In this document: positions 29,883-39,116 of the stretch, in pieces
How the letters are laid out: the number at the start of each line of letters is the position of its first letter
How positions within the stretch are numbered: position 1 is the stretch's first letter
Assembly (NCBI GenBank): GCA_963700155.1
Contig: OY969472.1
Location: 1,000,690 to 1,064,689 of the forward strand
Direction of reading: 5' to 3'
Length of the DNA stretch: 64,000 nt
Origin: an uncultured bacterium
GTDB lineage: Bacteria; Patescibacteriota; Dojkabacteria; J137
Translations under genes and position numbers: made by a program
Notes under the pieces: generated by a model
What the model saw: the letters and a program-made list of their open reading frames with translations, nothing else
What the model was told of the DNA's origin: nothing
The model's database searches: none

Positions 29883-30617
29883 ATGAATAAGGTCAGAATA
29901 AATAAAGTTAATATTGAATATCAAGTGTTTGGAGAAGGTATTCCTTTAGTATATCTTCATGGTGGAGGAACCGATTTTCATTATTACATGCCATTTTTAA
30001 AAAAGTTGTCCGAGAAATATAAAATATATACATTTTCATACCCAGGTTTTGGATATTCTGGGAATTGGAGTAGGTATACAATTAATAAGTTTATTAAATT
30101 AATAAATGAATTTGTTAGAGCAATGGGTTTAGAAAAATTTATTATAATGGGTCATTCACTGGGTGGAGGACTTGCTCTTGTATATACAGCATTGCATCAG
30201 GAGAATGTATATTATTCTGTAGTTTTGTCCCCTCAAGTATATAGAAATAGGAAGACAATAAAGGAACTTTTGAAAAGTTTTAAAAATGAAAATCATAGTT
30301 ATATTCCTGGTAATGCGAATGGTATTAAGTATTTGACTCTTTTAAGTAAGATAAGATTTCAGTTGAATTTATATAGACTCTATCGATTTATTTCTCATAA
30401 TGATTTATCGAAGTATTTAGATAAGTTAAATATTAAAGTTTTATTATTAATTGATACAAAAGATTTGGTAGTAAATGTAGATGATCAGCAAAAGGTTGAA
30501 AAACTTTTAAAGAATAAGGTTGTTATTAAAAGCAACGAGTATGGTCATAATGCTTTTTTCGCTCTGGAAGATGCTATTCGTGAACAAATGAATATTCTTG
30601 ATAATAAGTTAATATAG
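29883..30617 (+). CDS. Alpha/beta hydrolase
   Basis: LHGGG, PGFGYS, GHSLGG nucleophile elbow, C-terminal GH. Confidence 0.9.
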   Translation: MNKVRINKVNIEYQVFGEGIPLVYLHGGGTDFHYYMPFLKKLSEKYKIYTFSYPGFGYSGNWSRYTINKFIKLINEFVRAMGLEKFIIMGHSLGGGLALVYTALHQENVYYSVVLSPQVYRNRKTIKELLKSFKNENHSYIPGNANGIKYLTLLSKIRFQLNLYRLYRFISHNDLSKYLDKLNIKVLLLIDTKDLVVNVDDQQKVEKLLKNKVVIKSNEYGHNAFFALEDAIREQMNILDNKLI

Positions 30618-30645
30618 GAAGGGGTTTTCAAAGAAAACCCCTTCC
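30617..30645. terminator. Hairpin terminator between convergent genes
   Basis: GGAAGGGGTTTTC-AAA-GAAAACCCCTTCC. Confidence 0.8.
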
Positions 30646-30675
30646 AAATATTTATTTCTTAATATCTACTTTAAT

Positions 30676-31878
30676 TTAATTGCTCGAAGTTTGGGCTTGA
30701 TCCAAGGTAACATCGACATTCACATCTTTTCCTGCTCTTAATAATTTCAAAGTGACTTTATCTCCAATCTTAAACTGCTGAATTTGTGTAGATAAAGTAT
30801 TATCCGATGTTACTTTGGTCCCATTGATTTCAAGAATAATATCATTCTCTTTTAATCCTGCTTTATCAGCTGGACTTCCAGGCAAAACTGCAACTTGTGA
30901 TGATGAACTGCCTCTGCTAACTAATGCTCCGTAATCTACACTAAGATTATTTTGTTTTTGTACTGTTGAATCAATTTGAATGTATCTAACACCTAACATT
31001 GGTCTTTGGATATTACCTTCAGTGTTTAATCTATTTAGCAAGTCTTTAACAACATCAATAGGAATGGCAAATCCAATATTCTGAGCATCTGAAGCCACAG
31101 CTACGTTAACTCCAATGACATTCCCATTTATATCCAATAAAGGTCCACCGGAATTTCCTAAATTAATACTTGCATCAGTTTGTATAACGTTACTCAACTG
31201 TTCTGTACTTCCACCAGCAGCATCACCTGCAGTTATATTTCTTTTTAATCCTGAAATGATTCCTGAGCTTACTGTATTGCTGAATTGTCCAAGTGCATTA
31301 CCAATAGCAACAACAGTCTGCCCTACTTTCAAACTACTTGAACTTCCTAAATCTAGAGGTGTTAGACTAGATGCATCTATTTTTATGAATGCAATATCCA
31401 ATAGCGTATCTCTTGCTAATACTTTTGCCGTATATTTATCACCACTATTCAAAATTACAGTATAGGAAGCGGTAGTGCTTTCGACAACATGTCTGTTAGT
31501 AATAATTAATCCATCTTTTGAGACTATGAAACCGCTTCCTTCCCCAACTTCCTGTTGTTGTGTACCGGTTGGATTTTGTTGCTGTTGTTGAAAGAAATTG
31601 AAAGGATCGTTTTGATATGGGTTAAAGTTATAGTTTTCATATGTTGGTACATCTTCAGTAATTACAATACTTACAACAGAATCGCTTGCTTTTGCAGCGA
31701 CATCGGTTATTGCTGATTCTTCATTTGTTACTTTAACATCCTGTGTAACTTGATTTATGCTGTTTGAAAGACTTTGCTGTTCCAACTTAGTTCCAACAAA
31801 ACCACCAAATAAACCAGCAATACAAGAGAATAAGATTGTTAAAACTCCTAAAAATGCAAACAGTGCTCTCTTTCTCAT
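30676..31878 (-). CDS. htrA: HtrA/DegP-family serine protease with one PDZ domain
   Basis: TM anchor, GSGFIV, TNRHVV, DIA, GNSGGPL, C-terminal PDZ; ATG at 31878 chosen (TTG at 31887 is the alternative). Confidence 0.93.
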   Translation of the reverse strand: MRKRALFAFLGVLTILFSCIAGLFGGFVGTKLEQQSLSNSINQVTQDVKVTNEESAITDVAAKASDSVVSIVITEDVPTYENYNFNPYQNDPFNFFQQQQQNPTGTQQQEVGEGSGFIVSKDGLIITNRHVVESTTASYTVILNSGDKYTAKVLARDTLLDIAFIKIDASSLTPLDLGSSSSLKVGQTVVAIGNALGQFSNTVSSGIISGLKRNITAGDAAGGSTEQLSNVIQTDASINLGNSGGPLLDINGNVIGVNVAVASDAQNIGFAIPIDVVKDLLNRLNTEGNIQRPMLGVRYIQIDSTVQKQNNLSVDYGALVSRGSSSSQVAVLPGSPADKAGLKENDIILEINGTKVTSDNTLSTQIQQFKIGDKVTLKLLRAGKDVNVDVTLDQAQTSSN

Positions 31879-32075
31879 AGTTCTCAATATCTAATAAATA
31901 TTATGAATAATTGTAAAATCGTTTTTTGAATTTGGTATGAACTAATAAAGAATTATTATAAAAGTTATTTAAATTAATTATAATATTTCAATGTCTAAAT
32001 GTTAAATCCGAGTTTTGAATTTGATATGAATAACTTATGTTATCATTAAAATAATTTATTATTATCTTTAATGAT

Positions 32076-32585
32076 ATGGATCTAAATGACACATTTGGAA
32101 TTAATAATTTCAGTTATGTAACTTCCCATTTTATAAATGCCGCAGATACTTTAGTAGGTTATTTTGAGCAGATGCAATCTCTACGTGATGAAATAGATTT
32201 TAGTCAAGTACAAGATAGGATAACTTCAAATTATCAGATACTATCAAAAGATACAAATCATGCGATAGAAGATGGAATAGATTTATATTTAAGTAATAAA
32301 TTGGATAGTCATTTGAATTCGGAAAATGGAGGTGCTTGGATCAGGTGTTTTACTGAAACATATTCTAATATGAAAAAAGGGAAGTTTTCTCAAATGTTAG
32401 AAGCAATAATTGAAGATCAATTTGGAGATGCTCCTTTTTATGAAGAAGAAGCAGATATCGCAATTATCAATTTAATTAGAAGTATTGATTCTCAGTTTGA
32501 TTTTTCTGGATTAGGACTAAATATTCTTTTCGATGAAGAAGGAAATGCAATTAAAGTTGAGAAGATAACCTTAGAAGAAAGTTAA
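32076..32585 (+). CDS. Orphan paralog 1 of a tandem triplet
   Basis: C-terminus INLIRSIDSQFDFSGLGLNILFDEEGNAI is shared with the next two ORFs. Confidence 0.75.
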   Translation: MDLNDTFGINNFSYVTSHFINAADTLVGYFEQMQSLRDEIDFSQVQDRITSNYQILSKDTNHAIEDGIDLYLSNKLDSHLNSENGGAWIRCFTETYSNMKKGKFSQMLEAIIEDQFGDAPFYEEEADIAIINLIRSIDSQFDFSGLGLNILFDEEGNAIKVEKITLEES

Positions 32586-32616
32586 GATACTTTAATTTAT
32601 ATTTTAATTTCTAAAT

Positions 32617-33174
32617 ATGGATATTCATACCAATGTATCAGATAGTGTAGATCTAGAAACATTAAACGAATCACTTGAAGATGAAAGATATAAGGACCTG
32701 TCGATTAATCAAGGAATAACCTTAGCTGAGGATGCTTTAGTTGGTTTTATAAAATTTTATCAGAGATACGATCTAAAATTACTAGATCTTTTAGAGAATA
32801 AAATTAGAGATTTAATTTGTCACTACTATGCAAAAGCAAGAAAATTTAATACTTTATCGCCAAGTAAAATTCTCTTGCTTAGATATTTTAATATTCTTTT
32901 TGTAAAATCTATTTATGGATTGAATAGAGATATGAATATTGAATCACTTATAAACATACAACGCGAATTTGCTTCTGGAAATGAGTCTGCTTTACTTAAT
33001 TGGTGTGCAAGTAATGTACTAATGCATATTGATAAGGAATATCAGCTACCATTTATTAATCTAATTAGAACTATAGATAGTAATTTTGATTTTACAAGAT
33101 TTGGTTTAGAAATAAATTTCGATGAAGAAAGAAATGCAATCGATGTAAGGATTAATCAAATAAAAGAATCTTAA
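32617..33174 (+). CDS. Orphan paralog 2 of a tandem triplet
   Basis: C-terminus INLIRTIDSNFDFTRFGLEINFDEERNAI. Confidence 0.75.
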   Translation: MDIHTNVSDSVDLETLNESLEDERYKDLSINQGITLAEDALVGFIKFYQRYDLKLLDLLENKIRDLICHYYAKARKFNTLSPSKILLLRYFNILFVKSIYGLNRDMNIESLINIQREFASGNESALLNWCASNVLMHIDKEYQLPFINLIRTIDSNFDFTRFGLEINFDEERNAIDVRINQIKES

Positions 33175-33197
33175 TTTTTATTTCTTAAAGTTTAAAT

Positions 33198-33683
33198 ATG
33201 TCATTAAATTTCTCCCAAGAAAACACTGAGGATATTGATAGTTTAAGTATCCAGGCAGCTTATAATTTTGTACAATATTCAAGATTAATGAAAAGTTTGG
33301 GAAACCTAGATTTTGAGCATTATGATATAGATTTATACAATAGAATAAGAGAAAAATATAAAACATGTAAATACTCTGTTGCTGAAGTTTTAATAGATAT
33401 GATGGCATGTTTAGTAAATGAAATATTAAATGGAATAAGAGATAGTTATATTGAGGAAAATCAATTGGAAAAATTATTTGAAGTTTTTACTGAAGCTCAA
33501 AATGGCAATATTGATAAACTTCTAGCAATTATGGCAGAAGGTGCAAAAGAAAATTATGACGATGATGGAATTCAATTAATAAATATGATTTTGGCAGTGA
33601 AGCCTGATTTTGATTTCAGTTTATATGGCTTCAAGGTTATAACAGATGAAAATAACGATGCAGTTAATTTTGAATTAATTTAG
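33198..33683 (+). CDS. Orphan paralog 3 of a tandem triplet
   Basis: C-terminus INMILAVKPDFDFSLYGFKVITDENNDAV. Confidence 0.75.
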   Translation: MSLNFSQENTEDIDSLSIQAAYNFVQYSRLMKSLGNLDFEHYDIDLYNRIREKYKTCKYSVAEVLIDMMACLVNEILNGIRDSYIEENQLEKLFEVFTEAQNGNIDKLLAIMAEGAKENYDDDGIQLINMILAVKPDFDFSLYGFKVITDENNDAVNFELI

Positions 33684-33699
33684 TTATAGCAATTAACTC

Positions 33700-34797
33700 T
33701 TAATCATCCTTAAGGGGGTGAAAATCTCTATGAGCTTTCTCGGCAAACTTATCAGAAGCATGGACATATCTTGATGTAGTTTGAAGTGACGAATGACCTA
33801 AAAGCTTTTGAATTGCGGCAGGGTTTGCGCCATCTTCTGCTAAATATGTTGCAAACCCGTGCCGCAAACTGTGTGCACTTGTTGGTACAATAATCCCAAG
33901 CTTTTTTCTATATTCTGCTATTTTCATTTGAATGTAATTTTGGGAAAGTCTTACAATATAAGGATTTTCTGTAGCTTTTCTTGTACCCCTTGTTGGAATA
34001 AACATAGCTGGATAATCGTCAACTCTTAATTCTAGATATTCCTGTAAATGATGAATCGCTCTATCTGTCAAATATACAAATCTTTGTTTCTTACCTTTTC
34101 CTAAAATATAAATTCTATTGTCATCAATTTGATTACCATTCATTTTAATTTGTTCTCTGTTTAAATTAACAACTTCTGAAATTCTCATTCCAGTTGAAAA
34201 TATTAACTCTAGAATTGCCCTATTTCTTATTTTTACGATGTTATCTTCTTCAAATTCTACAGGAGATTCAATTAAATGAATCAATTCATCTAGTTCAGCA
34301 ACCTGCTTTTCTTTTTTCTCAGCTTTTATCATTTTTATAGCTGATGGAGAGATTGGTACTTCTTCATCGATATCAACTAAAAATACTAAATACGATCTTA
34401 TTGATGAAAGCATTCTATTAACAGATGCATCTGCAAGTTGACCTTTATACATAGCTCTTTTTAATTCAGAAACATTACTTTGTGATTTCTCTATATCCTC
34501 CTGAGTTATTTCTTCTTCATCATCAAGTTGAAATTTTTCATATTTGTGTAAGATCGGAATGTAGTTCTGCTCTCTTAAGAAACCTTTATATTCAGAAATT
34601 GTTATTTTATTAATATCTTCAAACTTTGTATCGATATAAAAAAGATATGCTTCAAATATCTCTAAATCTCTTCCATAATTATCCAATGTTTCTTTAGAAT
34701 AATTATTATTCTTTAAATTTGCCATATACTCTGCTTTTCTTGGCAAAGAGAAAGGATTAAGTTTTTTCTGTGGTTTTTGTGAGATTTCTTCATCCAT
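33700..34797 (-). CDS. XerC/XerD-like tyrosine recombinase
   Basis: TGMRISE, GKGKKQR, HSLRHGFAT, LLGH, RY catalytic set; N-terminal SAM-like domain. Confidence 0.93.
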   Translation of the reverse strand: MDEEISQKPQKKLNPFSLPRKAEYMANLKNNNYSKETLDNYGRDLEIFEAYLFYIDTKFEDINKITISEYKGFLREQNYIPILHKYEKFQLDDEEEITQEDIEKSQSNVSELKRAMYKGQLADASVNRMLSSIRSYLVFLVDIDEEVPISPSAIKMIKAEKKEKQVAELDELIHLIESPVEFEEDNIVKIRNRAILELIFSTGMRISEVVNLNREQIKMNGNQIDDNRIYILGKGKKQRFVYLTDRAIHHLQEYLELRVDDYPAMFIPTRGTRKATENPYIVRLSQNYIQMKIAEYRKKLGIIVPTSAHSLRHGFATYLAEDGANPAAIQKLLGHSSLQTTSRYVHASDKFAEKAHRDFHPLKDD

Positions 34798-34957
34798 AAA
34801 TACAATATACTATAGAGGAAGTATTCTATCAAAGTATTGAAACTCAAGTTTATATTTCTATAATTATTCCCAAATTGTTCCATTCCACCTACTCATTTAC
34901 ATAATGGGTATATAACTGGTATAATTATATAATCATTCTATATCATAAAACGATAAA

Positions 34958-35986
34958 TTGAAGAAAAGAAAAACTATTACAATACTGGTGCCTTGTTATA
35001 ACGAGGTAAAAACTATAGAAGTTTGTCTATTATCTTGGATTAATCAAACACGCCCAGCAGATCAAATTGTTGTCGTTAATGATTGTAGTACTGATGGTTC
35101 AAGAAAAATATTAGAAAAATACAAAGATAAAATTAAACTTATTAATTTAAGAAAAAAAGCTGGAAATAAAAGCTTTGTCCAGCAAAGAGGTTTAAAGTTT
35201 ATAGATACAGACATTTTTATTGCAACTGATGCAGATACATTAATGGATAAATATTTTGTAGAAAGAATTGAAAATGATTTTAAAAATGAAAAAATTGATG
35301 TGGTTTCAGGATATGTTAAAAGTTTAAAATTCAATTGGCTTACAGCTTGTAGGGAAATTGATTATATTCTAGGACAAGATCTTCATAAATCTGCACAAAA
35401 TTATATAAAATTTTTACTTGTAGTTCCTGGATGTGCTGGTGCATTTAAAACTTCCACTTTTAAGAAACTAATTAAGTTTGATCATGATACTTTAACTGAG
35501 GATTTAGACTTCACATATAAATATAATGAAAATAATTTCAATTTGATGTATGACCAAGAGGCAATTGTTTATACACAGGATCCAAATACATTAAAAGTAT
35601 ATATTAATCAAATGAGAAGATGGTATGGAGGCGGCTGGCAGAACCTTATGAAACATTTAAAAATTGTTAGAAAACCAGCCGCCGCTTTAGAACTTTCTAT
35701 GGTCTATTTTGAAGGCTTACTTTTTTATCCTTTACTTTTTATAGTCCCACTTATTAGTTTTACTGCATTTATTCATATGGTGGTTTTCAGTCTTTTGACT
35801 TGGGTAGGACTTGGCATTTATTCCGCAATTAATAGGAAAAGAATTGATTTATTAATATATTCACCATTGTATCTTCTTTTATCTTATATAAATGCATACA
35901 TATTTTTGGAACAATTTGTTAAAGAAGTAATTTTAAAAAAGAAAAATTTAGTTTGGTACCATCCAGAAAGGAGAGCAATAACATGA
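34958..35986 (+). CDS. Processive GT2 glycosyltransferase (IcaA/PgaC-like)
   Basis: VPCYNE, VNDCSTD, TDADT, TEDLD, QMRRW motif, C-terminal TMs. Confidence 0.88.
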   Translation: MKKRKTITILVPCYNEVKTIEVCLLSWINQTRPADQIVVVNDCSTDGSRKILEKYKDKIKLINLRKKAGNKSFVQQRGLKFIDTDIFIATDADTLMDKYFVERIENDFKNEKIDVVSGYVKSLKFNWLTACREIDYILGQDLHKSAQNYIKFLLVVPGCAGAFKTSTFKKLIKFDHDTLTEDLDFTYKYNENNFNLMYDQEAIVYTQDPNTLKVYINQMRRWYGGGWQNLMKHLKIVRKPAAALELSMVYFEGLLFYPLLFIVPLISFTAFIHMVVFSLLTWVGLGIYSAINRKRIDLLIYSPLYLLLSYINAYIFLEQFVKEVILKKKNLVWYHPERRAIT

Positions 35987-36129
35987 TAAATACAGGAGGA
36001 ATAGTATTAATAACACATATTTTAATACTAATTTATTACAAATTTATTAAACGAAGATGGATACCAGTTTTATCTGTTTTAACAAGTGTAGCTGTATTTT
36101 TTACTTTGCTATATATAAGAATAGGATAA
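35983..36129 (+). CDS. 48-aa two-TM membrane protein, not in the ORF track (IcaD/PgaD-like position)
   Basis: MINTGGIVLITHILILIYYKFIKRRWIPVLSVLTSVAVFFTLLYIRIG; ATGA overlap with GT2 and stop 1 nt before the deacetylase start. Confidence 0.7.
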   Translation: MINTGGIVLITHILILIYYKFIKRRWIPVLSVLTSVAVFFTLLYIRIG

Positions 36130-36130
36130 T

Positions 36131-36985
36131 ATGAATAAAATATTTAATAAAAATATAAAAAATAAAGTTTTATCATCAACAATTATACTAATAGTTTTAT
36201 TATTTCTGTTCATTAATGCCGGAACTGCTTTGAGTAATAGTTTCAATATGGATAATAATATAGGTATTGTTGAAGAAGCTTTACACAAATGTGAACCAGT
36301 AGCTCAGAATTATTCAGATAAAAAAGTTATATTAAGACTTGATGATATTCAAGCAAGTGCATATACAAGAATTTCACAAATAATGATTGAAGATGCGGCA
36401 AAAATAAATATGAAATTAGTATTAGGTGTAATTCCTAATAAAATTTTAACTGACGGAGTTATTGATAGAACCATAAAAGATAACTTATGTAATATTGAAG
36501 TTGCAATGCATGGATATACTCATGTAATGCAAGGAAATTATTATGAATTCGAAGATGTTCAACCTAAAGATTATGCAGAAATAAATTATAAGCTCGAAAA
36601 TGGGAAAAGTATGCTTGAACAATTGACAGGTAGCTCAATAGTCACTTTTATCCCACCAGGAAATAAACTTTCAGAGTATGTAAAAAATATCATTTTGGAT
36701 AAAGGAATAAAATATATATCTTCAGATAATGAACAAACTCAATTTGATATGACTATATCTACTTTTGAGTTTGATGTTAATAAATTAACAAGTGTTTCAG
36801 ATATCATTAAAACTTGCAATGAAAAATTTAGTGAAAAATCAGTTTGTGTTATTGTACTTCATCCTCAGGATTATCTTACAAATGATGTAATTGATTCTGA
36901 TAAATATTCAAAATATTGGGAATTATTATCAAAGCTTCGAGAAGATGGTGTTTATTCAACTACATTTAGTGAAATTCAAAATTAA
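36131..36985 (+). CDS. Exported polysaccharide deacetylase (CE4/DUF2334-like)
   Basis: N-terminal TM or signal; LRLDD, MHGYTH, FIPPGN, VLHP. Confidence 0.85.
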   Translation: MNKIFNKNIKNKVLSSTIILIVLLFLFINAGTALSNSFNMDNNIGIVEEALHKCEPVAQNYSDKKVILRLDDIQASAYTRISQIMIEDAAKINMKLVLGVIPNKILTDGVIDRTIKDNLCNIEVAMHGYTHVMQGNYYEFEDVQPKDYAEINYKLENGKSMLEQLTGSSIVTFIPPGNKLSEYVKNIILDKGIKYISSDNEQTQFDMTISTFEFDVNKLTSVSDIIKTCNEKFSEKSVCVIVLHPQDYLTNDVIDSDKYSKYWELLSKLREDGVYSTTFSEIQN

Positions 36986-37056
36986 ACTTTAAATCGATTG
37001 ATTTTTAGAAATTGTGTGTTAAATTCTATATGTAATAAATATTAACTTTAGTATAT

Positions 37057-37347
37057 ATTAATACACCTTCTGAAAATAAAAATAATACTAAGCTTATTAT
37101 AGGAGCGGAGTTTGATGCACAAAGTTGGAATTCTTCTACTGAAGATGTAAAAAGGAAATGTGCCTTAAATAATTTAAAGTTGATTGTTGAAAATCTAAAT
37201 AAAGAAATAGAGTTTATGGGTAGTGCTACTACTTCAATTCAAGATCGTATTCATGAACTATCACTTGCATTTGGAAGTGCAGCTGAGGAAGTTGAAAGAT
37301 ATATACTTGAAGAATATAAAGAGTTTATTAAAATTTCAGAATCTTAA
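37057..37347 (+). CDS. Hypothetical ~96-aa ORF lacking a canonical start (possible ATT start)
   Basis: Frame open from 37039 to 37347 with protein-like composition, filling the intergenic gap; no ATG/GTG/TTG until far downstream. Confidence 0.45.
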   Translation: MNTPSENKNNTKLIIGAEFDAQSWNSSTEDVKRKCALNNLKLIVENLNKEIEFMGSATTSIQDRIHELSLAFGSAAEEVERYILEEYKEFIKISES

Positions 37348-37368
37348 ATTATTTATTAAAAGGTAAAA

Positions 37369-37677
37369 ATGATTGGAAATAAGACACTTTTAAAAGCTGA
37401 AAACTCATCAGAGATTAATAAAAGTTTTAATGATAAGATTAGAGTTGAACCTTCGATAGTTGATATATGGAATACATATGATGAATTAGAGAAAAGAAAA
37501 GTAGCTATTGAATTATTAAGAAAATTTAAAGATGAATATGAAGGAGCTGCTGAATTTAACCCAAGATTTGCTGAAGAAGGTTTTTGTGTTTGGCTTAACA
37601 AACTTCCAGGAGTCGATGTTGAAGCTTATAAAGAAATAAGAGAATATATTATAGATGCTTATAATCAAGAAAACTAA
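37369..37677 (+). CDS. Hypothetical protein
   Basis: 102-aa ORF with AAGGT upstream. Confidence 0.6.
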   Translation: MIGNKTLLKAENSSEINKSFNDKIRVEPSIVDIWNTYDELEKRKVAIELLRKFKDEYEGAAEFNPRFAEEGFCVWLNKLPGVDVEAYKEIREYIIDAYNQEN

Positions 37678-37720
37678 ACTTGCAAGACAAACCTGTTATT
37701 GTCTGTAGTATAATTCTTCT

Positions 37721-39076
37721 ATGTTAAATCCAGAATTACAAAAAATTTTAGATGCTGAAACAAAACGCCAACAAGAAACTATAGATTTAATTCCTTCAGA
37801 GAATTTTTCTTCAAAAGCAGTAAGAGAAGCAGTTGGCTCTGTTTTTATGCATAAATATTCAGAAGGTTATCCGGGAGCAAGATATTATGAAGGGAATGAA
37901 AATATAGATGAACTTGAAAATTTAGCTAATGTTATGATTCGAAAAGTATTTAAGCTCCCAGAGGATTGGAGTTCTAATGTTCAACCTTTAGCTGGTTCTA
38001 ATGCGAATTTAGCTGTTTATAATGCTCTTCTTAATATTGGAGATACAATAATGAGTATGTATCTTCCTGATGGAGGTCATCTCTCTCATGGATGGAGTTA
38101 TACTTCAACAAAAGAAAGGAATGATGAAGAAAAATCAGCAATGGAAAATGATTCTGCTTATTATGGAGGAAAAACTAAAATCAGCATTGTTTCTAAATTA
38201 TTCAATATAGTTCAATATAAAGTTAATAAAGATTCACAAGTTTTTGATTATGATGAAATTGAAAAATTATCCTTGGAAGTTAAACCAAAATTAATAATTA
38301 CGGGTGGAACTGCATATCCAAGAAATATTGATTATAAAAGAATGAAGGCGATTGCAGAGAAAGTTGGAGCTTATTATATGGCTGACGTTGCACATGAGGC
38401 AGGATTAATTGCAGCTGGAGTTCTGCAATCGCCTGTTGGTATTGTTGATGTTATAACATTTACTACTCATAAAACTTTAAGAGGACCTAAAGGGGCTGTA
38501 ATTTTAATGAAGAATGAGTTAGCTCAAAAAATAAATAAATCTGTTATGCCGGGACTGCAAGGCGGGCCGCATAATGGTACTATAGCAGGAATTACTCAGG
38601 CTTTATTTGAAGCTGACACTCAAGAATTCAGAAATTATACGGCCCGCATATTGAGTAATGCTCAAATATTAGCAAAAGAACTTCAAAATTTTGGATTTAA
38701 CCTTGTTTCAGGAGGTACAGATAAACACTTAGTACTTATTGATCTTAGGAATAAAAATATCTCTGGAAAATATCTTTCTAAAGCTTTAGCATTAGTAAAT
38801 ATTGTAAGTAATATGAATACCGTACCATTTGAAACAGGCTCTCCATTAAATCCTTCTGGAATAAGACTTGGTACTCCTACAGTTACAACAAGAGGAATGG
38901 GAGAAGAAGAAATGAAAGAAATTGCATCAATAATTAATCAGGTTGTAGAAATTGCAGTATCTTATAAGAACAATGATTTAAACGAGTTTTTGAACCAATT
39001 ATCAAATAATTCAAAAATTGTTTCGTTAAAAAACAAAGTTTTAGCCTTATGCATTAAATTTCCCTTGAATATATAA
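37721..39076 (+). CDS. glyA: Serine hydroxymethyltransferase
   Basis: LIPSEN, YSEGYPGARYY, GGHLSHG, TTHKTLRGP, GIRLGTP. Confidence 0.97.
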   Translation: MLNPELQKILDAETKRQQETIDLIPSENFSSKAVREAVGSVFMHKYSEGYPGARYYEGNENIDELENLANVMIRKVFKLPEDWSSNVQPLAGSNANLAVYNALLNIGDTIMSMYLPDGGHLSHGWSYTSTKERNDEEKSAMENDSAYYGGKTKISIVSKLFNIVQYKVNKDSQVFDYDEIEKLSLEVKPKLIITGGTAYPRNIDYKRMKAIAEKVGAYYMADVAHEAGLIAAGVLQSPVGIVDVITFTTHKTLRGPKGAVILMKNELAQKINKSVMPGLQGGPHNGTIAGITQALFEADTQEFRNYTARILSNAQILAKELQNFGFNLVSGGTDKHLVLIDLRNKNISGKYLSKALALVNIVSNMNTVPFETGSPLNPSGIRLGTPTVTTRGMGEEEMKEIASIINQVVEIAVSYKNNDLNEFLNQLSNNSKIVSLKNKVLALCIKFPLNI

Positions 39077-39116
39077 TCAGTTTTGATATATTCTTAGAGT
39101 AAGTTTTTACTAAATT

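Noticed and set aside
33700-34797. Tyrosine recombinase as a prophage or integron integrase
   Set aside because: No phage genes, att repeats or attC hairpins seen nearby; the sequence looks like a chromosomal Xer-type enzyme
34894-34916. dif-like half site CATTTACATAATG upstream of the Xer-like gene (also at 6260-6272)
   Set aside because: It resembles one dif arm only; the second arm does not form the 11-6-11 palindrome, and a 13-bp AT-rich match is expected by chance
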